Positions 1-10,600 of a DNA stretch of 64,000 nucleotides are shown here, one piece after another. Each line of letters opens with the position of its first letter. Positions within the stretch are counted from its first letter, which is position 1. Both the position numbers and the translations under genes were made by a program. Source of the DNA: Flaccisagitta enflata (taxonomy: Eukaryota); assembly GCA_965153355.1 (NCBI GenBank), contig OZ231126.1, positions 35,278,001 through 35,342,000 on the forward strand, read 5' to 3'. The notes beneath the pieces are model-generated. The model was not told the origin of the DNA and did not search any database. It worked only from the letters and a program-made list of their open reading frames with translations.

Positions 1-1
1 A

Positions 2-1377
2 AACTCGCAACATGACAACCAGCAACATGACAACATCGTGGACGGACCTTTTTGTCCATATGACTCCCACCTTCAACTTCGCAATATCGCTAACTCTCAT
101 AACAACTCTGACCATCGTCGTCGTTCTTCTCTTCTCGGTCATGCAGCAACTCATGCAGGCCCAACAAATTCTGCGCGTTATTCTTCACTATCCGCCGTTC
201 ACCACCCAAACTCATCAATGCGCGTGCTTTATCCATCGTCTTACGCATCATCAACATTGTCATCACCACCAACGAATGAATCAAGAACCAGTTTAACAAA
301 GCGAAACAGCCTCTCAACTGCTTCGAATGAGACAATTAAACTACCTCCTTCTCAAGTGCCTCCTCCTCCTGCTCCTCCTATACTACCTCCTCTTCCACCT
401 CTTCCTCCTCCTCCTCAAAAGCCGCCTCTTCCGCCTTTTCTTCCGCCTTTTCCTCTACCGCCTTTTTCTCTACCTCTACAGCCGCCTCTACAGCCGCCTC
501 TACAGCCGCCTCTACTAACTCAACAACCTCATCTGTCACTTCAACCTCTACCTTTCCTGGCCCCCGCTCCGCTTAATCCACCACCGCAAAATCGGGGACC
601 GGCGCCGTTAATCGACTTAACAGCAGCGGGGGCTTCCAACATCGAGTCTGGGACCAACAATTTCAATTCCAAAGTTGAGTCCGGGACCAACTATTTCAAA
701 AAGAAGGTTGAAAAAAAACCTTATGATACGCAGCGGAAGGAACGGTTAAAGGAAAGGTATCGGCGTGAATGGCAAAAATTGAACAACGTTAAAAAGAAAG
801 AGCCTATGCCATTGAAAAAAAAGTCGCAGCAGGAGGCGGAAGAGCGGTACCAGGCGCTTCTTCGAGATCAGAAATCTCATCAAGAACTTGAACAGGCTGC
901 AGCCTTCGCCATTCAAACAGACACGTTGGGCTTTACAGTGAACGTTGACATCGCTGCCAATCAAACTTTTGAGCTCCTTGCGGAGCTCGAAAGTATCGCG
1001 GAAATCTTCGACGACGCAAAAGACTACATACTAAGGCAAAAGAAACCAATCGCAAAAGAACAATGGATAGATGAAGAAGTACAGCAAGAGAATCTCCATG
1101 TTCTAGCCGACGATTTCGAGGATGCTGAATACCTCACCGAATCTGCAATTCCGTATTTACAACGACGCTACAACATTTCCGAAAGGTGTCTACGAAGATG
1201 GATCCAAAAGAAGCGGAACCGATTTTGCAACGAAAAGAAAATTTTCCTCGAAGAAAAAAACATTCGGCCCATTTATCAAAGGGTCGAATGCATCCTACTG
1301 TCGGTTTTCGAAAGATTCTCTCCAAGGCCACGTCCGCTTGAGATCGCGTGTATACAGCGTCACCTTACACTGAACAG
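2..1377 (+). CDS. Exon of a large Pro-rich protein with tandem divergent homeodomain-like repeats (5' end outside the window)
   Basis: Frame is open from nt 2. It contains ENLHVLADDFEDAEYLTESAIPYLQRRYNISERCLRRWIQKKRNR (homeodomain-like, helix-3 W) and the first part of a second repeat, and ends at a donor AG|GTAATT (1377/1378). Confidence 0.7.
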
Positions 1378-1681
1378 GTAATTCTTGTCGAAACCGTATT
1401 TGAGCTGCTGTTTACAGATTAATTTCTGTCAATCCTTGTCAAACATTGGCAATCATCTTTGTCAATCAATCAATAAAACAATCAGTCAATCAGTCAATCA
1501 TTTTCAATCAGTCAATCATTTTCAATCAATCACTTTCAATCAGTCAAGCGGTCAATCAATAAATCAATCAATCAATCAATCAGTCGATCAATCAATCAGT
1601 CGATCAGTCAAACATTTTGAATGACATCATTTTTGAATAACATCATTTTCAATTATCCCTCTTTTTTTTTATTGAAACAAG

Positions 1682-4600
1682 GCTGTACGTGGACAGCTGG
1701 TTCAGGGACCAACGGCAGCGTTGCCTGAGATGGATGCCTTACACGGGCCCTTCTCTTCTCCTGGCGTATGACAGGATTCTCACGCTGTGGCACCGTCAAT
1801 ACCCGTATCCGACGCCACAGCAAACTAGAGACATCGCAAAGAAAATTCAACACTCAATCGCCAGCGTGGAGAAATGGCGCGACCATAAGATAAGGTCGAC
1901 GCGCAGGGTAGGCGTGCCTCGGGAAATATTTCTTTCCACCCGATATTTATCTCCAGAGAGCGAGCGCCAGGAGCCCAATCAATCAACTAATCGATTCATT
2001 CTTCCCAACAACGTGACAAGCACCAGACCGGGAGAAAGAGAAATTGCGCCAAAACGATCAAACGAGACTCTGGAGTCTACCCCGAAGCGTCTGAAAGCAG
2101 CTACCCGCTCGTCATCAAAATGTCTGGAAACCATCATCCCCAGCTGCCATCATTCCCAGCTGCCATCATCCAACAGCCAACATCAGTCTCCATTCAAATC
2201 CCCGAGACAACAGATTCCAGACTCGTCAATCGAAATAATCCAGGAGGAAATAACTGTGAGGGATCTCTACGGCCTGAATGCCAACAACGTCAACAGCAAC
2301 AACGTCAACATCGAAAACGAAACCACGACATCAAAATCGTCGTTGTCGAACCCACAAAAGGGGAGCGACGACAATGTCGACGACAACAACGACGACGACG
2401 AGAACATGGAAAATCCTGCAGGAAACGCAGATTCGTCGAATTTGAATCATTGGACATCCGACATAGAGGCGGAGGAAGCGCCGGAGCCGCTGGTTTCAAC
2501 CACGACGACGATGGAGACGACGACGACGACGATGACGACGACGACGATGACAGCTACCTCGTTAACATCGACGACGACAACGACGACAATGATGACGACA
2601 ACGACGACGACGACGATGGCGACAACAGTTGCATCAACGACGAAAAACGACGATTTTACACCACCGCAGAATACTGTAAACGAGACCAACAAAATCTGTT
2701 CGTACTCTGGATCGTCCTCGTCGTCCTTGACCTATTCTCAATCGTTTTCTGCGTGTTCCTCTCGCTCGCACGTAAACCCAACAACAGCGAATAACGAACA
2801 ATCTAACAAAGCGAACAACAACCATCTCGTTGACACATCTTCGTTGCCACACGACCAAACAACCGCCACCACAGCCTCAACAACAACAGCGGCAACAGCA
2901 ACAACAGCAACTTTTACAAGCAACAGCAACTTCAACAGCTTCAACAGCTTCAACAGCAACTTCTACAAGCAACAGCAACTTCAACAGCTTCAACAGCTTC
3001 AACAGCAACTTCTACAAGCAACTTCGGCGATGGGATGCAACACAAGCCTCGTCGCCGATCCACCAGCGATAACACCCGACTCCTCTTCATCCCCCCTTTG
3101 CCCTCCACCGCCTTCTCTTTCTCCCGCCGCGTCCTCTCTTCACCTTCAACCGCCTCATCTTCAATCGCCTCATCTTCAACCGCCTCATCTTTCTCCCGTT
3201 TCCGAACTGCCTTCGTCTCCCGTTCCAATAGATTTAAGCGCTGGTACAACAACCCCAAGAAACCTCTATTTTCTTCGCGCTCCGTCTCCGACTCGGGAAT
3301 GCCCAACCTCACCACCGGTTTCAGTGGAAGCGGAAGTGGATGTCGGGACCCGATATTTATCTCCAGGATATTTATCTCCAGCAAGCGAGAGGGGGAAATG
3401 GGACGATCCCAAAGTCAAAGCCCACAATTCCGACATACTATGCTTATCAGCCAGCGCCAAAGAGGATTTAAATTCAATTATTAATTTGGCTCGTTTCCAT
3501 GCTCCTTCTGGATGGGTGGAAACGGTCGAAACTATTGCCCGGAGGACCTGCGGCACAGTGGACGAACTTGAAAAAAGGATACGGAAGGGCCCAGACGCGA
3601 CATCTATCCCCTTAGGCTCTCCGCTCATTGACGTCTGTGGAGAGGCGAGTGTCATTGATGAACCAATGACACCGGATAATCTTGTTTTCGCGCCAAACCT
3701 CTCGCCAAGAGAATCCGCTCCCGTTTCACCGATGATTGACAATCCCGCTTACGCGCCAGCCAATAACGCCGCCTCTTCTCACCCACGTCATCCTCTTCAT
3801 CCTCCTCCTCTTCCACCAAAAACAAACACTTACACATCTCCTCCTCCTCATCCTCCTCCCCCTCCTCCTCTTCCTCTGGCTCCTCCGCTACCCGACGATC
3901 GTCATCAACTTCCTCCTCCTCCTCATCCTCTTCTTCCTCTTCCCCCACTACCTTCCTCCTCATTGGAATCTCATTACGCGATACCCAACAACCCTCCTTC
4001 ATTTACCCCTCCTCCTCCTCAACGTCCTTCCTCCACTCAGCAGCCTTTACTGCGCCTTCCTCCACCACGTCCTTCCTCTACAATTCAATCTTCGTCACAG
4101 GTGTCCTTTCCTCCTTGTCCTTCTCCTTATCCCTCACACCTCATCCCTAGACACACGCCCCCTTATTCTCTTCCTATCCCCACAGCTCCTCCTATCTCTT
4201 CTCTTATCCATTCTACTCCTCCTACCGCAGGACATCTGTTGCACGCTCCTCCTATCCCTTTTTCTTTCCCCTCTGGTCCTTCCCTTATACAATACCCCAC
4301 CGACTTGACTACATCCCATCTCTCTCTTTCCGCGTCTTCTTCATCCTCTTCATCTTCACCGTCTCCTCCTCCTCCTCCTCCTCCTACCAATTTCTCCTTT
4401 GCGACTACAAACGCGATTCCGCCTAATCCGTATGCATCATATCCTTATATTTCAAGGACGACAACCTCTACAACCGCCTCGGTAACAATCTCGATAACGG
4501 CCTCCTCAACAACAGCCTCAACATCAGCATCTTATCCTTTTCCATCAACCGAGAATTCATACTCGGCTCTATTTCCGTATTACTATAATCTCCTTTACCC

Positions 4601-4700
4601 AACGCTTCCATCCATACTCGGCCGATGCCGACCAATCAAGCGCCCACAACGCCAACATCGACATTCCTGCCGCAACCGCAGCCACCACGTCGAAGGATAA
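1682..4700 (+). CDS. Next exon of the same gene: completes repeat 2, encodes repeat 3 and long Thr/Ser/Gln/Pro-rich regions
   Basis: Acceptor after a T-tract (AACAAG|G, 1681/1682). The phase-2 splice gives ...HLTLNR-LYVDSWFRDQRQR in the frame of ORF 1689-4700. Repeat 3 reads WHRQYPYPTPQQTRDIAKKIQHSIASVEKWRDHK. PIDLS lies at 3225-3239. Reading frame beyond about 4590 is ambiguous. Confidence 0.65.
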
Positions 4701-5137
4701 ATTGGGACTGGGAGAGAGTGAAAGAACAGCAAGCGGCGGCGTCGACACCAACACCAACATCTCTTCCGCAACCGCAGCCGCAACCACGGCAACTGCAATA
4801 GCAATTGCAACAACAAATACAACCGACGCCAATGACGCCAAAACCAACGCCTCCACCGAAGCCGCAGCAGCGACCAGGGCATGACTTGCAGGACCCGCAT
4901 CAACAGCAACAGCAGCAACAGCAGCAACTGCAGCAACTCCAGCAAATCGGGTAATTTCATTCTTTTCTCTCTTTACACACCTTGACTAACAGACTGACGG
5001 GGCAACAAAATCTTTTTTTCTTTGTCTCGCTTGTCTCGCTTGTCCCATTCTTTTCTCGCTTGTTCCATCTGTCCCACTCGTCTCATTTGTCTCACTTATC
5101 CACCATCTCTTTCGCTTATTTATCATTTTTTCTTCAG

Positions 5138-6179
5138 ATCATCGATATGCCCTGATCAGCAGCAAACTTCATCATTCACTGCAACAGCAGCAGCGCCAAC
5201 AGCAGCAATAACATCAGCCGCTTCCCGCTCATCGCATACATTTGCGTATCCATATACGTCTACACCGTCGTTGACGCCGGCGGAATCATCGCCGATTTCC
5301 TCATTAACGAATTTATCTCTTTCCGACCGGCACGGCGCCCACCTTGCCACTTTCATGAGTGACAACGAGATAACGCTTTCTTCGACAATCGACCACAGCG
5401 CCGGATTTCCGGCGGTCTACATGGACTTTGTAAAGCAAAAAGAACATGAAAAAATGAAGGAAAAAGAAGACCAAATACTTTTTGAAAAGAAAAAAAAAGA
5501 AGACGAAAAATTGAAGGAAGAAAAAGCCCAAATGCGTTTTGAACAAAAAATGCTTCGGTACAAAGAAAAGAGAAAAAAAGAGAAAGAGGAAAAAAGAGAA
5601 AATAAGCATCTACTGCAACAACATAAACAATGCGCGGATGCTTTCGCGCTGCTTGAGCAGCTGCGTCCGCTTTCGACGGATAATTTAACGCCCCCACAAC
5701 AACAAGAACAACAACAACAACAACAAGAACAACAACAAGAACAACAACAAGAACAACAACAAGAACAACAACAAGAACAAGAACAAGAACAACAACAAGA
5801 ACAAGAACAAGAACAAGAACAACAACAACAACAACAAGAGCGTCAACCGCAATCGAATCCACAACGCCGAGAGGAGATCCAAATCTATCTTCAGCAACAA
5901 CAGCAACAACAGCAACTACAGCAACAGCAACCACAATCCAACGAAAGTTCCCACGATGCACCCGCTGCGATATTACGACCCATACCGCTGCATCCGCTGC
6001 ATGCAAGAACACTGGCGCCAGCGCCGAGAATCGGATGTCATCGCATGCCTCCCGTGGTGACTTCGAGCGCCTCCGCCGCTTCGTGCGCCTCCGCCGCTAC
6101 CCTCAAACGCGCCTCTTCAAATGTGTGTCCATTTGTTTGCGTTTCACCGCCCCCACCGGAAGAGGATAAAACTGGTTAG
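5138..6179 (+). CDS. Probable terminal exon encoding a Lys/Glu coiled coil and a Gln/Glu-rich tract
   Basis: Donor GG|GTAATT at 4950/4951 and pyrimidine-rich acceptor TTCTTCAG| at 5137 are phase-compatible with ORF 5022-6179. Joining it to the upstream exon needs a frameshift and crosses a TAG at 4799. Confidence 0.4.
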
Positions 6180-6232
6180 CGGAACTTTATTTGTCGCGTC
6201 AACGTGTACATAGGAAGAGGCGGCGGCGTCTA

Positions 6233-6234
<2 letters not shown>

Positions 6235-6305
<71 letters not shown>

Positions 6306-6343
6306 AGCATAAAAGAGGGTGCAAGTGTTGTAGTGTAAAAGAT

Positions 6344-6380
<37 letters not shown>
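6235..6380. repeat. Two (GT)n microsatellites
   Basis: Direct observation. Confidence 0.95.
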
Positions 6381-6382
<2 letters not shown>

Positions 6383-9009
6383 GCAATTTCTTTTTTTTCT
6401 TAACAGTACCATTGTACGTAGTGTGTAAAAAAAAACACTCTCTAGGGGGCCCTTATAAGGCCCCGTAGATCTTTGAATGCTAATATAAAATGTAATAGTA
6501 CTTGATTTTTACATAAATGGTATCATTGGTGCTATTCAAAAGTAGTGTTACGTTGTATTTTGTAACTACCTAGTACGTAGTAGTACGTAGTATTATGTAA
6601 TTACCTTGTATTACGTTGTACTATAAATTGTATACATAAATGATATCATTCGTTATGTACAGAAGTAGTACTAACAATTATCATTAAGGTTGTGATTACC
6701 CTATATATGAAAGATGGACAATATTAACTACTCAACTATTACTACTACTACTCTTCTTTCAAAACTGACATTGACAGCAGTGTTGGTTGGCTTTTTGTCA
6801 TTAACCAAATGTCTTTATGCTACTTTTACATACGCAGTTCAATGGTACATGAGTCAAAAAGATCTTTTTTTCTTATGTGATAACCATGGTTATGTTTGAT
6901 GCAATATAAAAAAAAGGACAAAACGGGTTAGAGTTACAAATAAATCGCGGTGAAAGAATGATCAACAAGTGGTCATCAGGTTACAGTCTCGCATATTTAG
7001 AGGTGAAGGAATGGCGAAAGAATGATTTACTGGTAGATTCTTATAGATTCGTGCATATCATTTGAATATCTCAAGAGGAAACGCTTTAATAGATTTTGAC
7101 GAGAGCTTGGATTACATGTTAAAGCTTTTGTAATTCGGCTTGACTGCTTATCGTTAGAATGTTTTAAGAAAAAACACTTTTGTAGATTTTGACGAGAGCT
7201 TGGCTTACGTCTGTAAGCCGGCTTGACTGGTTCTTATAGATTCCCGCGTACCACAGCTTTTTTCATTAAACGTCTCAAGAGGAAACGCTTTCTATAGATT
7301 TTGACAAGAGCTTGGCTTATGTCTGTGGAATATCGCACTTAATTTTACTAATTTTGTGATTATTTGTATCTGCATATTTCTTTGATTCGCCCTGTTTGTT
7401 GCCCATTTTGTGGATTTATATTATTGCTGATTTTTCTTTCTTTAGATCAGTGATAATGTCATTCGCTCTTCATCCATGATCAATCTTGGGGTGCGTTTCC
7501 TTACCTGGTGAGTTGTGGTTGGACTCGGTTGGTTGGTTAGTTGGTCGGCTTGGTTGGTTGGTCAGTTGGTCGGTTGGTGATGTCTAGTTATTTAGTTATT
7601 TAGTTTTTGAGTACGTGAGTTATTGAGTTATTCAGATTGATAGGTTGTTAGGCTAACCCTTTTCTTCTCTTCTCCCCTCTCCCTTTTCCTATCTATTTCA
7701 GCGTTTTTATACCCCTTTCAACCATAGAAGATATTATTGATGGCGACGACGAAAGACTCAGTTCGCATGGATGCGCAATGACTTTCTTTGGGCTTCGTTG
7801 GAGTTGACGTGGTTGGCGTGGCGCGTGGCGTAGCATCGAGAGGATTGGCGCGGTCGTGACGCGGCGACCGACGGACCGATTCATCGTCATCGACGTTAGC
7901 GCATAGGTACTTTGACGGTTGGAGACAGTGTTTTACGCGGTTCTTTACAGTATAAAAACGGTACCAGAGATTGATCAAGATTTGTGTTTTATACCACCAC
8001 AATGAGCACAAAAAATACACAGGCCCCGGGTGGCGACGGAGAGCCGCCGGTGTGGAGGCTGCAATGTCGAGCGTAAGGCAGGTGGCACCTGGAGTCGCTG
8101 TGGGTCAATGGCGTTCAGCGTCGCTCCAGTCCCGGTAAAAGAAGGGCCGTGTTGATAAGAAGGCGAGCGATCGGCGAACAAATTCAAAGCTTCTAAAAGC
8201 GAGAAAATAGAACAATACAACGCGTGTGTGATAGACGATGTATCTGGCCGAGCATGGCGGCAAATGATTTGATGGTGGACATATCTGACATCACCGTGCC
8301 AGACGGAGCACCCTAAAGCCGTTAACATATAGGAAAGAGAAAGGCGAAAGGAAAGTGTCTTCGGCAGTTCTCCAATGTGAAAAGAAGCACAAGCTGGCGC
8401 GCTTGCGGTCGAACAGGGCAACGCCATGAGAATGCGGCATAATGGACAAAACAACGCATATCAGAAGCGAGGGCGCCAAGGTGAGGGAGGAGGGCACCAT
8501 CGAGGGGCTCCAAGCGGGAGGAGGAAGGGGAGCGGAGGCTGGAGCGGCGGGAAATAGCCGGCGCCGAGGCACCGAAGCCGCGCCGGCGAAATCAGGTCGT
8601 GAAATGGCGACAAGGCGGCGCCAGCGAGCAGGATAGCGGGAATGTTCAGAGGATGCGTCATAGCGCCTCAACAGGCGAATGCGGCTTGAAGCGGTATAGC
8701 GGCGGAAGCAGCGTCCACGTATTACCAGCAGCGCCGGCTGAGAAGGAATTGCCAAATCAGCCAAAGAAAGCGCCCGGATGATCGTGAGATCGATACAAGC
8801 GAAAGAACAGATGAGGAACAGAAAAGAAGAACGTATGGAAAGCGAACAGAAGAAGCAGAGTGAAATGGATGAGGCGGAAAGCATTGAGAAGTGGAGAATG
8901 AAGACAGAAGAACAAAAGCAAAACTCCACCAAATCAAAATAAAGGAATCGAAACGGATACATAGAACAACAACAAGCGGTGCGGCAGCGGTGAGCCGGGC
9001 GCCAAGTGC

Positions 9010-10596
9010 GTGAGGAGGCTCGAGCAGTCCGTCAACGGGGGCGAAGAGAGAGCTTTGAATCCCAACGCCGCGGTAGAGAGCTGGGCAAAAAACAATGCCA
9101 GCGGCTCTGTTCCGACGACGCCCGTGAGAGGAAAAGTGCCACTACAAAGGAAAGGAGAAAAGAAAGTGGCATTAAAACTCGACCTCGACAAAATTCAACT
9201 GACGCCAAAAGGAATCACTAAACCTATGGTTCCTCCAGCGAAGGCGGTTAAGAAGCCAATCGTTCCGTCGGTGAGACCCAAAAAGGTGAACAAACCAACG
9301 ATACAAAAACTACCACCAAGGGAAACAAAACAAGAAAAAGAAAAAGGAGACGCGAAAAACTTGAGAGAGAAAAAGGAAAGGATAGAGAAAGAAACGATGG
9401 AGCTCATGGCGAGGCTTCAAGAGTTGCACAATTCGGCGCAGCAGGTGGAGGAAGGGTTGGAAAGGGAGAAGGAGGAGGAAGAGGAGGAGGAGGAAGAAGA
9501 AGCGCCAAAAACACCAACCACACCGAGTTGCGCTGGAAGTGCAAATCAAGAAGAGTTTGTGCGAGTCCAAATTCAGATGTTTGCGATGGCCCAGCTAAAA
9601 GAAGCTCGCCCGGTGAAGAAATTTGCGGGAGTAGGCAAAGGAATGAGTTTTGCCAAGCATATGCTGAAGTTTGAAACTGCTTTGGAGATAGTCAGTCTGT
9701 CGGACAAAGCCAAATTAAACGAATTTCAGCATTACTTCGAGGGCGCAGCGTTCCAACTGATCGAGGCTGAAACATTGGAAAAAACAGACGCAGGAAAGGC
9801 GGTGAGAGCGGCAATTGAGAAGCTGAACAAAAAATTCGGCCTGCGAAAAGAATCGGCGATGGAAATGCTCGAGGAGTTGTTGCAAGGAAAACAAGTCGGT
9901 GAAAAGGACCATGGCGGCTTATTGATGTTTTACTATAAATTGCAGAGCATCTACACATTAGCAAAAAGCACCGGCAGAGGAGGAGAATTCGAGAATAAGA
10001 TGATCGTCGAGTCAATCCTCTCAAAAAAGACCCCCCACCTGACAGCGAAATGGTCAAAGAGAGTGGTGAAGAACATGATGTCAGATGGGGAGACGCTGGG
10101 CTTTGAGACGTTTCTCGAATTCCTTGACACCGAGCATACAATTGCTGAATTGTGCTACAGAAACTCGAGTCAGGCGCAGAATAGCAAGCCTGTAGGGGCG
10201 GCCAAAGTGGCGGCGACAACGGCAACAGCGCCGACAAAAAGCGGCGGCAAACCGACGGCAAACGCGACAGCGCCCAATACAGCGGCTGCAGCACCGACGG
10301 CCGGAAGCTGTGAACGTTGCGGAGGCCAGCATCGCATTCCAGCGTGCGACATTTTCAAAGGCCTGTCCAGCGCGGATAGGAGAAAATTTTGCATAAACAC
10401 TCGCATATGTTATTTGTGCCTTGAGACCGGACATATGGCGAGAAACTGCAAATCGACGGAAATGTGCGCCATCTGCGGCATAGGTCACCACACCTTGCTC
10501 CACCCAGACGAATCCTCAGGTGCCCCGCCTACCCCGGCGGGAGCCAATGGGGGAGGAGGAGGGGGAGGAGGAGGAGGAGGAGGCGGAAACGCATGA
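9010..10596 (+). CDS. gag: BEL/Pao Gag (true start uncertain)
   Basis: Three C-terminal Cys/His knuckles CERCGGQHRIPAC, CYLCLETGHMARNC and CAICGIGHHTLLH, typical of BEL/Pao. Confidence 0.88.
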   Translation: MRRLEQSVNGGEERALNPNAAVESWAKNNASGSVPTTPVRGKVPLQRKGEKKVALKLDLDKIQLTPKGITKPMVPPAKAVKKPIVPSVRPKKVNKPTIQKLPPRETKQEKEKGDAKNLREKKERIEKETMELMARLQELHNSAQQVEEGLEREKEEEEEEEEEEAPKTPTTPSCAGSANQEEFVRVQIQMFAMAQLKEARPVKKFAGVGKGMSFAKHMLKFETALEIVSLSDKAKLNEFQHYFEGAAFQLIEAETLEKTDAGKAVRAAIEKLNKKFGLRKESAMEMLEELLQGKQVGEKDHGGLLMFYYKLQSIYTLAKSTGRGGEFENKMIVESILSKKTPHLTAKWSKRVVKNMMSDGETLGFETFLEFLDTEHTIAELCYRNSSQAQNSKPVGAAKVAATTATAPTKSGGKPTANATAPNTAAAAPTAGSCERCGGQHRIPACDIFKGLSSADRRKFCINTRICYLCLETGHMARNCKSTEMCAICGIGHHTLLHPDESSGAPPTPAGANGGGGGGGGGGGGGNA

Positions 10597-10600
10597 CTAG
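10594..10600 (+). promoter_or_regulatory. Putative programmed stop-codon readthrough signal UGA-CUAG between gag and pol
   Basis: GCA TGA CTA GCC. The gag (9010) and pol (10669) ORFs share a frame and the 24 intervening codons are open. Confidence 0.65.

Noticed and set aside
1908-1956. Possible 49-nt GT-AG intron after homeodomain-like repeat 3
   Set aside because: Its removal would shift an otherwise open 3-kb frame.
2120-4390. Overlapping and antisense ORFs within the low-complexity gene
   Set aside because: Expected shadows of trinucleotide-repeat-rich coding sequence.
6400-6760. AGTAGT/TAGTAC-rich AT region as the Maverick left TIR
   Set aside because: No match to the reverse complement of 16200-16434 beyond the hexamer.
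7900-9009. 5' LTR, PBS or extra gag ORF of the BEL element
   Set aside because: No second LTR to compare, no clear PBS, and the + frames contain several stops; boundary left undefined.
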